Below, piece by piece: positions 1-11,545 of a stretch of DNA of 39,311 bases (position 1 is its first letter; each line of letters begins with the position of its first letter). Where the stretch lies: contig NIVC01001108.1 in NCBI GenBank assembly GCA_002269645.1, positions 62,306 through 101,616 of the forward strand, written 5' to 3'. The notes under the pieces were generated by a model that worked only from the letters and a program-made list of their open reading frames with translations, ran no database searches and was not told the DNA's origin. Origin of the DNA: Macrostomum lignano. Taxonomy: Eukaryota. The position numbers and the translations under genes are program-made.

Positions 1-593
1 TTCAGTCAGCTCCCAGTTCCCCTTCAGTCAGCTCCCAGATCCCCTTCAGTCAGCTCCCAGTTCCCCTTCAGTCAGCTTCCAGATCCTCTTCAGTCAGCTC
101 CAGGATCCCCTTCAGTCAGCTCCCAGTTCCCCTTCAGTCAGCTCCCAGATCCCCTTCAGTCAGCTCCCAGTTCCCCTTCAGTCAGCTTCCAGATCCTCTT
201 CAGTCAGCTCCCAGATCCCCTTCAGTCAGCTCCCAGATCCCCTTCAGTCAGCTCCCAGATCCTCTTCAGTCAGATTTCAGATCCCCTTCAGTCAGATTTC
301 AGATCCTCTTCAGTCAGCTTCCAGATCCCCTTCAGTCAGCTTCCAGATCCCCTTCAGTCAGCTCCCAGATCCCCTTCAGTCAGATTTCAGATCCTCTTCA
401 GTCAGCTTCCAGATCCCCTTCAGTCAGCTTCCAGATCCCCTTCAGTCAGCTTCCAGATCCCCTTCAGTCAGCTCCCAGATCCCCCCCAGTCAGATTTCAG
501 ATCCTCTTCAGTCAGATTTCAGATCCCCTTCAGTCAGCTCCCAGATCCCCTTCAGTCAGCTCCCAGATCCCCTTCAGTCAGCTCCCAGATCCC
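1..593. repeat. 22-bp minisatellite (CAGTCAGCTCCCAGATCCCCTT)n, ~27 units, truncated by the window start
   Basis: Head-to-tail imperfect copies read directly; no unique spacers. Confidence 0.97.
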
Positions 594-746
594 AGGTCTT
601 TCCTGGTCTTTATAGCTAACGATTATCTTTGTACACAGATGATAATTTTCCCCACTTTTGGAACAAAGAATAAATCGGACGTCTCCAGTTTCCCCCATTT
701 TCGATGGATTTTCGAAGCCGACTTCATTCTTATCGGGAGTTGGGAT

Positions 747-1022
747 CAGTGGCGGATCCAGAGTTTCATTTTTGGGGGGGGGCGGTCCAAGTTTGGGGCG
801 CCAACACGAGTGTAAGGGGCGCCAATTTTTAAGCTAGGGGGCGCAAAAAATGCGCGTAGGGGGCGAAAAATCAAGCTTAGGGGCGCTATAGAGGCGTTTG
901 GGGGCGAAAAATCACGTTTAGGGGTGCAAATTTAGGTTTTTTGGGGGGCGCGATATGTTCGGTTAAGCTATTTGGGGGGGGCGGCGCCGCCCCCCGCCCC
1001 CCCCCCCCTTAATCCGCCCCTG
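747..1022. mobile_element. Non-autonomous hAT-type MITE, 276 bp
   Basis: Left end CAGTGGCGGAT; right end reverse-complements to CAGGGGCGGAT. Flanked by a perfect 8-bp duplication GTTGGGAT (739-746, 1023-1030). An 8-bp TSD with short CAG-starting TIRs is typical of hAT. No ORF; internal GGGGCG-rich motifs. Confidence 0.85.
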
Positions 1023-1378
1023 GTTGGGATTTTATGTGTAAATATTGCGATTTAATCCGGGTATAGGAGGCGGGAATTCCACGAGCCGATCATTATCCTA
1101 TCCTGGGACCTGGGATTTTAAAGTGGGTCTTTGTCCCCACAAATCCCTGTAGGCAAATCTCCTAGCTTCAACTGGGGAGACGGTCAAGTGGGTTCCAAAT
1201 CCCCACCCTGATCCTCCGCTCCTCCCCTTGCATGGATGAGTCAATCAGAATTCTCTGTAGAGTTTATCTACCTGTAGACACAACTGATTCAATATTTATC
1301 CGTATGAAGCGAGTCGAGCAGTCCATTGATTGAGAATGATATATTTTGTTCGAATAAATTTTTTTCTATTATAGAAAT

Positions 1379-3386
1379 TCAAGCAATTGTCCCATTTGTG
1401 GGGGATCTGCAGGATTTCTTTGTTCGAGATGGAGTCAACAGAGTGGAGTAACAGCTGTGACTCAGCTGAAGGACTCGATGGGTATCTACTAGTATCATCG
1501 CAGAGTTGGATTGGAAGAGTGAGATTGGAGAGTAGAGGAATGAGACATGAGATTAGAGAATCAAGGAGAAGTGAGACATGCGATTAGAAAATCATAGAGA
1601 GATGAGATATGAGATTAGACGACATGAGATTAGAGAACCATAGAGAGATGAGACATGAGATTAGAGGACATGAGATTAGAGAATCGATGAGAAATGAGAC
1701 ATGAGATTAGAGAATCGTAGAGAGATGAGACATGAGATTATATAATCATCGAGAAATGAGACATGAGATTAGATAATCATAGAGCGATGTGACATTAGAT
1801 TAGAGGACATGAGATTAGAGAATCGATGAGAAATGAGACATGAGATTAGATAATTTTAGAGAAATAACACATGGGATTCGATAATCATAGAGAAATGAGA
1901 CATGAGATTAGAGGACATGAGATTAGAGGATCGATGAGAGATGAGATATGAGATTAGATACTCAATAGAGAGATGAGACAAGAGATTAAAGAATCATAGA
2001 AAGATGGAATCAAGAACACATAAACCTATTCTGCACTTCTCACCTGCTGGCAGATAAAAGGTATTAGCGGAATCTACGCTGCAGTATTGCTGCTGCTGCT
2101 GCTGCTGCTGCTGTTGGCTCTTCAAGGTTTGCTGCAGCAAGCCGGTTTCCGCATAGTGACAGCCGCCGCCGCCGCCGCCTCCCAGCACGATGGAGTCCCT
2201 GGGCGTACCCGGTGGCGGTTCCGCTGGTGGTGGCGGAATCGGAATGCCGATTGTGGGCGGCAGAAACGCAGGCGGTGGCTGCTGCTGGCGCGTCGAGTTG
2301 TTGTTGTTCACTCCAGCGTTGCCTTCGGTTGGAATAAATTTAGAATTAGAAGTGTGAGGTCAATGCTGCTATTGCGGTCGATTCTACTCCTAAATTATGA
2401 GTAAGCCAAACTTATGGGTAATGACGCAACAGATGTTATTGGAACAAAAATTCGTAGAATGAAAGCTAAAACTTTGCGCTCAATGATGCGGTAGGTTGGT
2501 GAGGTGTTGTAGCTAAAAGCAGTCAATCCACAAGGCAAAGAGCTATTAATTATTTTTTTCACGGCTTAAAACTTATAATAGTCGATGAGTCACATCTCAA
2601 TCCGGAACCCTTTTACCTTTGCCTGCCTGGGCAGAGCTATTAAAAGAGAAGGAAATGTTCTCTATATACGCCGAGTCATCATTCCTAAGCACTGAGAGAC
2701 GATTTCAACTGAAATAAGTTTTTATTGCCCCCGGGGCGCTAAACTGAAGCCATGGTGCAGTGGGAGCTTTCTGTGATAACAATTAATTGCGCTCTTACTG
2801 ATTGCAAGAGATGATGACTAAGACGGTATTGATTGCGACTTATATAGCTGGTGTAATTATAATTCTATCCGTCAATGTGAGAACTCACAGTTTCCATAGT
2901 GACCATAGATGCCACCAGTTGCGGCAGCTGGCGGCTGCATCTGATGCTGTCCGTAGGAGCGGCCTCTTGAATGCGGCGGCGGCGGCGGTGGCGGAGGCGG
3001 AGGTGGCGGAGGCGCGAACGCCAACAGCCGGTCACGAACTGCCACTTCGTCGTTATAATCCGCAGCTGCCGCCGATCGATGCTGATCATCGTTGTCGTCA
3101 TCGTTACGATTGTCGTCTCCTGCTGCTGGCTGTTGTTGAACTCGTCGTCAATCGTCTGCGATAGCGGTCGTCTCGGTCGAGCAACTGATTGACCGGCCCC
3201 TCCTGCGCCTAATCCGGCACCGAGGTTTCCGCGACGTGCCGGCAGGGTTCCAAAGCCAGGTTGTTGCTGTTGCTGCTGCTGCTGAAGCTGTTGCTGGAAC
3301 AGCAGCGCAGGATGTCCTTGATTCCCGGCGCTGCAAAGCTGCACTGGTGGCAGATTCTTCAGCCGCACTCGATCAGTTGAAGACAT
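1379..3386 (-). CDS. Three-exon gene for a ~294-aa low-complexity Gln/Pro/Asp-rich protein of unknown function; one apparent 1-nt frameshift
   Basis: Coding exons (minus) 3386-2889, 2322-2044, 1485-1379 (TGA). Donors GTGAGT (2888) and GTGAGA (2043); both introns phase 1 and compatible. Adding one base at AA 3139-3140 joins MSSTDRVRLK..TIDDEF to QQQPAAGDDNRN..FAP11HSRG..YGHYGN. The last exon (..SPTNGTIA*) is the least certain. An in-frame stop lies 11 codons before the ATG; possible 5' UTR intron 3679-3549. Confidence 0.65.
1545..2010. repeat. Imperfect ~31-bp GA-rich minisatellite (core GAGACATGAGATTA) in an intron of the minus-strand gene
   Basis: Core recurs at 1696, 1727, 1758 etc. Confidence 0.9.
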
Positions 3387-5485
3387 CTCTGTGCTGGCCG
3401 TAGTTGTCCGAAATAGTTATAGTTCGACACCGAAAGGTAAACCCAGAGTGCGGACCAAATGTCAGCCAGGTGTTCGAATCGTCGACATTTTGAAGTTTTT
3501 TATGTTAGCAGCTCGAATGCGTTTTGCTTCGCTTTTAAATCGTTTAGGCTGGAGGGTAGAGATTTAAAAAAGACAAAGTCAAAGACGTTCTAGTTCTGGT
3601 TGAGCGGCGTCAAAAAATTCCAGATCCAATGTATATCTACTGACTCTTGGCTTTTACGATGCCAGGTATGATTTCTTACCGGGTCTCGCCCAGGAAAAAA
3701 CCAGACAAACCTGTCTGCAAGCTTCGGGCGCAAGGTGTTCTGTGCAGATCTGCGCTGCCCCGCGCGTTAAGCTTTTTGGCAGACTTCGATCGTTGATTTT
3801 TAATTTACGAGCGCAGAGTTAGACTGCACCAGAGTGAAGTGGTCTTTAGAGAAGAAGGCCAAATGCAATTGGGATTTGGGCTTTCAAATCCGCATTTCTC
3901 TGGCTTTTAATTCTATTATAACGCTTTGGCGAGCCCTAAGGGAGTTGGGAGACGGATTGAATAGGGGTAAAATGCTTGTGGGAAGAAGTTTAGCGGGTTT
4001 GTCTTAATCAGCTGTTTTTTTTATTCCGCTGGGGGGATTTTGTATGCTTTCCAAGCCTAAGTTGGACCGTTGGTGGCTGTAGACTTGAAGGAAGGAAATT
4101 GGGCCACACTAGTAGCTTCGTGCTGGTCTGGTCTGTGGTTTTAGGGGCGGGGGCGATTTCCACCAGAGGAGGGGCCGCTTTGAACAGTCTGAGGGAGGGT
4201 GTGAGGGAGGTAGTAAATTGCTGGGGTTGGCTGGGTTTGTGGTTGGCTGCAGGGTAGCCTCCTCCTAGCCTGCTTCTATTCGCTGGGTTGGTTTGCTGCA
4301 ATAATCACAGCTAGGCACACAAAATCTTCAGTAATAATGCTGTGGGCCATCTCGTACGTGAACCTCCCTCTTCTTTCAGGCTAGCAAAGTTGCAGCATAA
4401 TACATGTAGCCGTCTAAGAGTTTCATAATTTTGCCAGCTGCTATAGGACATGGCGTATTTAATTAAAATTATAAATGATTTGATATTTTTTGACGAATGC
4501 AGCTGAAAAACGAAGCTTCTCTCTGTAGACGAATTTTTTTCGAGACAACAGACAATATAAAATATATTAATTATATGCAACAATTTAAATATTACTTTGT
4601 TAATATACCAAAAAATCAAATTTAATTAAATAATCGATTTGCTAAAATTACTTTGCTAATATGTGTGTAGGACTGTTTAAATTTTAACTTCTCCATGGAC
4701 CATGGTACATGATGGAGCTGATGCATGCAACGCGGAACTATAAATGTATTTCAGGATAATTTTTTAAAGAAAATCCTGCATACACTGTACAGGCAATGTA
4801 GGTACTGTATTTTACCCATGCACTGAGGCAGCCAACCCACAAAAAATTATAAGGGGGAGGGGTTCATCACAGAAGCAAACCCCCGGGAAACAGAATTTTA
4901 CGTTTTCCCTTCTCACAAATATACATGTGTAGTTAAATGCTCAAGTACAATACGTACATGTACGTTTTCATGCTCAGAGCTGGAACTCACTGCCGGTTCC
5001 AAGTGGATTCTACAGCTGACCACCAGGGAAAATCCTGGAAAATCGGTTCAAAATTCAGAAAATAGCTGTGTGGTTATACATCAATTTAAGCGCCGTCGAA
5101 AAAACATCCGTAAAATTTACGTATCAAACTTAGAAAGACCTATGTTAAACAAACAAAACGATAATATTTTTGTATTTTTTATAAAAAAACAATTATACTA
5201 CAAAAAGCTTTTGAAAATATTTTTTAAATATGAAGTGACTATTTTGAACATTTATAGCGCAATTGATAATGCTTTTAGATCACTTTTAACTTATTCTTGT
5301 TCCGCCATTTTTAAAGGTTTCGATTATTCTATTAGCACATCAGATTCACTAGTAGTGTATTTAATAAATATTCCATGTAATGTAACCTGCTTATCATTTC
5401 TTGCAATAGAAAAAATAGAAACTAAAATTATTTATAAAAAGTGTGACTCTGTACCTGTGCGAATAATAATACCCGAAGCCGAATA

Positions 5486-8400
5486 ATGGGTTGGAAGCTT
5501 AAAAAAAGAACTGACGTTGAACCAATGTTACCTCTTAAACATTGTCTTTGCTTTGATAATCGGATGGGAACGTTCATTGGATGTATTATTATAACAGTAA
5601 GTATGGAAGAAGTTTCATTGTGTCATTATAAAGCAGAAACATTTCATATTTAAATGTTTGGAAAAGGGACCTAGTCCTAGCTTTGCCTATATGTCTTGTA
5701 TACTATGGCTATGCACACTGCACACTGCACACAGTTAATTTTTAGGGGCTAGGCACAGTTTTTTTGCTTTTAAATAACCTTATATGCATCATTATATTTA
5801 TTTCTTTGAAAGCTATAGTCTAGAATTTATTTATATTAAATTATATTATAATTGCTAATAGAGAAATAATAGAGAAACAAAAAATTATACCATTTTCTTT
5901 TGGCCTGCCACTTACAAGGTCTATTTTTCAATATTGGGTTATACTTATAGTGTTTAGTATATGCTCGTAGCTTGCTTTCCTGCCCCAATTTTTTTCTAGA
6001 TTTACACTTGTATCATACTCATATCTGTTATACAGCATACCATAAAAGTGACTCTTTCATTATATTTTCAAGTTTACACCAAAAAAAACAAATTTACTTG
6101 TGGTATATAAGCTAGACATTATTGGAAGAGATAGCAAAAATAAAGGACCTTTTTGTATTGCAATATTAAAGGACCCTTTTTGAATTATAATCTATAGGCC
6201 TATTTTGGTAGGGCCTATTTTGTATACCAACAGGCAACAGCTACTCTATGCACTGGCTCTATGGTGCAATTTTCTAACATTATTCTATATGCAATATTTT
6301 TATACAACCCTTTTTCACATCTATTGTATGTTGGAACTTTTAGGCTGGAAATTTCAGAATTAAATCTAAACTTATTAGTATAAGAGCCTATAACTTTTAT
6401 AAAGTACAAAATATAATACTATAAAAAATGCTATTTCTTTTTAAATTTTGTTGCAAAATAATAACATATTCTTATTGTCTTACAATTAATATATTTAGCA
6501 AAAATGTTTATTAAATATATATATTAGAGTTTTTTATGCTAAATATACTTAGCAACAGTCAAAAGTTCCACCCTCCAAATTGTGAAAATTTCACACTCAC
6601 AATTCAACCCACAAGTTACGCAACTAAGCACCGCAAGGAAGAGAAAGTTGATTGACTATCAATACTCGTAGTAAAATCATAAACTTTTTATGCAATATTC
6701 AGTTAGAATTGCGATGCATGTGGGATCCCTTGCATGCAAAAGTGCAATGACTCTGTGGGGCATCCCAATGATGAGGCAACGCAGAAAGTCCTGGGGAAGC
6801 CGCTCCAAAGTGTTTTCAATGGCATGATGCAGAGCTCTCTGCAACATTCTATGGTGGATTCTCTTTTTGAATGCTACGTTTTAGGAAGTCCTATACATGC
6901 TCAATGGGATTCATGTCTGGGGACTGGGAAGGCCAGCGCAGAGTGTGCAGCTGTAGCTGTTCCTTCAGTTGACTAACAGCATTGGCTTGGTGTGGCGGGG
7001 CATTGTTCCTGGGCTTGGGTCTGCTTAATGTCTAGGCCTGGACCATTAAGCAGACCTAAGCCACCCCCAAGCGGCAATAAGCTTTGCACTTGCCGTAGGT
7101 TGCATCACTCACAATAAGTGAAGAAATCATCTCGCTTAGTGGGGTGAAACTTTTGACTGTTGCTGAGTATATTATAATGAAATACAACTGAGATCATTGA
7201 AATGTAGTGTATGTGGCTGTGCTAGTGTGTATCTTATCTCATGTATGAAAAAGAGTTAAATGAATAATGAGTCTAACAACTATTTATAACTTTTTCTAGG
7301 AATTTTCAATTTTTCAATTTTCAATTAAAAAACTTTCACATAAATGAATATATAGTCTATATATTAATGTCATAATGTCATAATGTCATCTAGTGACCAA
7401 TGAGTTATGATTAATAAACAATGAAATAATTCTTACAGAACTGCTAGAATATCTTTGATGTAGTCATAATTATATACAATGTTGTAGGGTACTTTCTTTA
7501 ATAATAATATCCCCACTATTGTCACCAGCTGTTGTAGGACTATTCTAACTCCTATTTTCTAGTTTCCTAAAGCTGCCACCAAAAGCTATCAAATTTCTAT
7601 CTTCTCTTAGTTAATGTTGCATGTTATATAACTCTTGCATGTACTTTATTTATGGGTAGCATGACTACTTTTATTCTTATCTTGGTAGCGTCTATCTATT
7701 GGTAGGGGTTGTACATTCACTGTACTCTTTGGCCTGAGTAGTCTAATGGCATTGTATATTCCTACTATCTCTTAGTCCTGGGCATTCCCAGGATCAGAGG
7801 GTCACAGCCTTATGTAGTTTGCTCTGCCCTTAAGTGACTTCTCCTGCCCTGAGGTGACTATATTCTCAATAGGGTTATTGCCCTGAGGCGATTCCTGCTC
7901 CTTAGCAGTTCTCTAATTCTCCTAATAAGGGGCTTAATACTCTAGAAAATGAATAAGTCAATTTGAACAATTGCTTTTTAAAGATTTAGTAAGGAGTTAT
8001 TAAACTTTGCTTGCAATTGGATGCTTGTGGTGAGTTGCTTCTCTTGGCCCACTTAGGGCTTCTATTTATACCAAGATTTCTCACCATTTAAAACAAATAC
8101 TAATTTGTGAGAATATTTTTGTAAATCACAACAATTAAACAAAAATAATTGTTTTTAGTATGAATCTCAAAAAATGGTTTACCAAGAAACAGTATGCAAC
8201 ACAAATAATTTTACAACATTTATACAGTATTATTAATAGCCCTTCCTCACAATGTAATGTATACTATGTATTGACTTTGTAAAAGTGTAAAAATTAAGCA
8301 TTAAATTTAAATTCTTAAACTAAAACTCTGACCAGTGCCAATTGGCACCCTGATTTCTAATTTGGCACCCTGATTTTGGGCCCAAGGTTGCAAATAGCAC

Positions 8401-11216
8401 TGTCACGATTATTGGTGTAGCGGCTATGGCTATGACCCTTAAAAGGGCCATTTTGATGAGAGTTGCTGTAAGTCGTAGTCCCAAAATGAATTGAAGTCAA
8501 TTCTTATAAAGCGGATTGTGTAGCGGAGCACTTGGCGATAAGGGCAGGAAACTGCCGTGGTTGTTTTATTGTCGAGATCAATATTTACTTGGTTACTAAT
8601 GTCAATGCAAGCTTATAGCGTTCTGGGCACTGGCGGCTGCAACAATGGTTTTGAAGGCAATAGAATATGAAGTCAGTGGCAGGCGAATGATGCGGTGGCA
8701 ACGCAACGTGATCAGCAATGGCGATGAGCACGGTGAAGGCAGTGAGTAGCAGTAGGTAGGCAGATGAGTAGTGGCGAGATTGGCGTTAGCCATGGTGGAA
8801 CACAGTGAAGTAGTGTGTAAACAGGCTAGCCCAGACAGAGGGGCCGTGGCGAGAGATAAGGAGGCTCAAGGCAGCCAGACAAGAAAAGGAAAACAAGACG
8901 CCAAGAGGCCAAGAAGCCTAAACAGCTAAACAGGCTAGACAGGGAGGAGGCCCCCAGCCCACCAGGCAGGGTTTAATAAAGGAACGCAGAGGGGGTAGCG
9001 CGAAGCACGAGCGGTTTTCATTGGCTGGCTAAAGAACTTAAAATTATCGATCGTGCCAGTTTTCTACGGTCGCATGAAAGGATAGCAAAACGCGCAGTGA
9101 ATTAGCAATAGGCACAGATTCGTTGGGCACTACTACAAGTAAACGTTAAAATAAACGATTGGAGGAATTGTAGAGGAGCTGCAGTCCAACGGCCCTTTTA
9201 CGGGACCACTTTAAACTGACAATGTCACAAGCACCATGATATTGACAAAAAACTCTGCATTTAAAATGCATCCAAGCATGTCTATATAGGACACTCTTAT
9301 TGAAATTGGCCTAGAAAATTAACTTTAGAATTTTGTAATTATAAAGATTTTGGGTTTTTATAAGGTTTATAGTTTAAGGATCTCAATGATAATAGTGATT
9401 TATCATAGAGAATTAAACCTTGGACTTTTTGCTTTAAAGATTTATAAAATTTCACAATGCATAGAAGTTTTGGTTTATAATTATGAAAAAAAGAAATGGT
9501 TAAAATTTTATAAAAATCAATTGTCATTTGATAAAATATCAAAAATTTATTATGTTTGAATTTCATTTTATTCTTTAGATCACTGCATTTGTTGAGCTAG
9601 TCACCGTGTTCCTTGACTGGCTAACCTACAATGAGAATCTCAAGTTTGAAATTCATGGAGCATTTCGATCATTCTGGAAGAGACTGTTTTGGAAAGGTTT
9701 TTCCATCTGCGATGGCATCGTGACTTTGGCCCACATTATTATCATTGTCATTGCTGTTTATATGCTGGTGGCCATCCTGCGCCCAAGAGTCTATGTAAGC
9801 ATTCTGAAGCATTCTGGTTTCATTAACTGTTGATAACTTTAAAATATTATACTCTAAATTGTTCAAGCCAATATTTTGTCATCTGCCTACCATATTTTTT
9901 AGAAAATTTATGATCTACTACCAGCTCTGAAAGGATTCTACATTTTATTGAGCATCTATATTCTTGTTGAACTGGGCATCAGCTGCTATGTATATTCCTG
10001 GTATGGCCTTGCTGGATGGGTAAGTTAGCTAAAATTCAATTTACATATGATCTTATCTACGACTACTATTTCAGTATTTATTAGCAATCGAAGCTGTTAG
10101 AAAAACCTTTTTAACTGCATTTATCTATTTATTGCTGCTGTCTTTCTTAGTTTCTTGGCCCTTGCCAGTCTCCCAGATCCTCAGTTGCTGAGCCAGCTTC
10201 CCAGATCCTCAGTTGCTGGGCCAGCCTCCCAGAATCTCAGTTGCTGGGCCAGCCTCCCAGAGTGTCAGTTGCTGGGCCAGCCTGTCAGATCCTCAGTTGC
10301 TGGGCCAGCCTCCCAGAGTGTCAGTTGCTGGGCCAGCCTCCCAGATCCTCAGTTGCTGGGCCAGCCTCCCACATCCTCAGTTGCTGAGCCAGCCTCCCAC
10401 ATCCTCAGTTGCTGGGCCAGCCTCCCAGATCCTCAGTTTCTGGACCACCACCACTTTTATATCCCCTGCTGTCTGTCTTCCTTTAACGAAACTTTCTGGT
10501 TATCGAAAGTAAAGTATATTGATTTTCGTATCGAAATATACTTTCTAAAGGTATTTTCTATCATTAATCGCTTCAGCGCCTACCGTTTCTGGTGTGGAAG
10601 AATCTCTTCTACATTATTCGATTTCTGTGCAATGTAAGTGCATCGCCATCGCGAGCTTTGACCTTTTTTGCTGCCTTTATTGGGTTGGTGTGCGTCACTA
10701 CTCTCACTACTAGTCTTCCCTAATATGTCACCGTCTTCCCTTTTGTGTCACTGTCATCCCTAATGTGTCACTGTCTTTCCTAAATCCTAATATGTCACTG
10801 TCATCCCTAATGTGCCACTGTGCTCCCTAATATGTCACTGTCATCCCTAATGTGCCACTGTGCTCCCTAATATGTCACTGTCTTTCCTAATGTGTCACTG
10901 TCTACCCCACGAATGTGCCACTAGACCTACCTTCATTGATATGCCAACCGTATCGCTCAGCCTCATTATTCTGTATGGTTTTGTCTCCTTCACGCAGGTG
11001 GGCTTCTGTCTAGTAATATATTCCTACGCATGCGAGATTGACACCGAACTTGGCAGCAGTTCAGGCGACAAAGCCGCTTTTGGCAATGGCGACGACCCAA
11101 TTAATATTGATGCTCAGCAGCAGCAGCAGCAGCAGCAGCAGTTTCTGATGCACGGCGGAAATCCATATTCGGCCATTGGCTCTTATGCCGCTTCGGATGT
11201 GTACGCACAGGCTTGA
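5486..11216 (+). CDS. Five-exon gene for a ~239-aa four-transmembrane protein (LAPTM-like topology) with a polyQ C-tail
   Basis: Exons 5486-5596, 9579-9794, 9903-10019, 10577-10633, 10998-11216; all introns GT-AG phase 0 with GTAAGY donors; 720 nt open. Protein MGWKLKKRTDVEPMLPLKHCLCFDNRMGTFIGCIIIT-ITAFVELVTVFLDWL.. has four hydrophobic segments, a CxC..R.GT motif before TM1, a Q9 tract and YSAI in the tail. The family label is inferred from topology only. Confidence 0.8.
6546..7169 (-). mobile_element. Internally deleted, decayed Tc1 (DD34E) transposon, 624 bp, in intron 1 of the 4TM gene
   Basis: TIRs TACTTAGCAACAGTCAAAAGTTCCACCC / rc TACTCAGCAACAGTCAAAAGTTTCACCC, flanked by TA. Minus strand ~7010-6699 encodes NAPPHQANAVSQLKEQLQLHTLRWPSQSPDMNPIEHV*DFLKRS and, after a shift, AIENTLERLPQDFLRCLIIGMPHRVIALFACKGSH, the Tc1 transposase C-terminus. 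Confidence 0.9.
8401..9229. mobile_element. Probable solo LTR, 829 bp
   Basis: Starts TGT, ends ACA, and is flanked by the 5-bp duplication AGCAC (8396-8400, 9230-9234). More GC-rich than the surrounding intron; TATA-like and AATAAA motifs on both strands; no gag/pol ORF. Confidence 0.7.
10160..10440. repeat. 28-bp minisatellite (CCTCAGTTGCTGGGCCAGCCTCCCAGAT)n, ~10 units, intron 3 of the 4TM gene
   Basis: Read directly; same family as 30530-31230. Confidence 0.95.
10716..10905. repeat. 20-bp minisatellite (CCCTAATATGTCACTGTCAT)n, intron 4 of the 4TM gene
   Basis: About 9 imperfect units. Confidence 0.9.
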
Positions 11217-11311
11217 TGCCTGGGGAATGACTGCACTCTAAATTAATATTGAATCTATTTGGTTAAAGCAATGTTTGACGTGATTTTTTCTGAATAACAC
11301 AAAGAATGGTC

Positions 11312-11545
11312 TTACTTGGAGGTCCTTACTGTCTCACCTGGAAGTCCCTTACTGTCTCAACTGGAAGTCCCTTACTGTCTCACCTGGAAGTCCCCTACTG
11401 TCTCACCTGGAAGTCTCTATACTGTCTCACCTGGAAGTCTCTGTACTTTTCCACCTGGAAGTCCCTATACTGTCTCACCTGGAAGGCTACGTCTCATCTG
11501 AAAATCTGTTATCTTACCTGGAAGCCTCTACTGTCTCACCTGCAT
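11312..11545. repeat. 23-bp minisatellite (GTCTCACCTGGAAGTCCCTTACT)n downstream of the 4TM stop
   Basis: About 9-10 imperfect units. Confidence 0.9.

Noticed and set aside
4200-4370. Hydrophobic frame (..LLLACFYSLGWFAAII..) as first exon of the 4TM gene
   Set aside because: Weak donor and no good start; exon 5486-5596 gives an ATG, a GTAAGT donor, the right phase and the expected Cys motif.
5070-5486. 138-aa plus-strand ORF
   Set aside because: AT-rich with a non-ATG start and no recognisable motif. It ends where the true 4TM ATG begins in another frame, so it is likely UTR or promoter.
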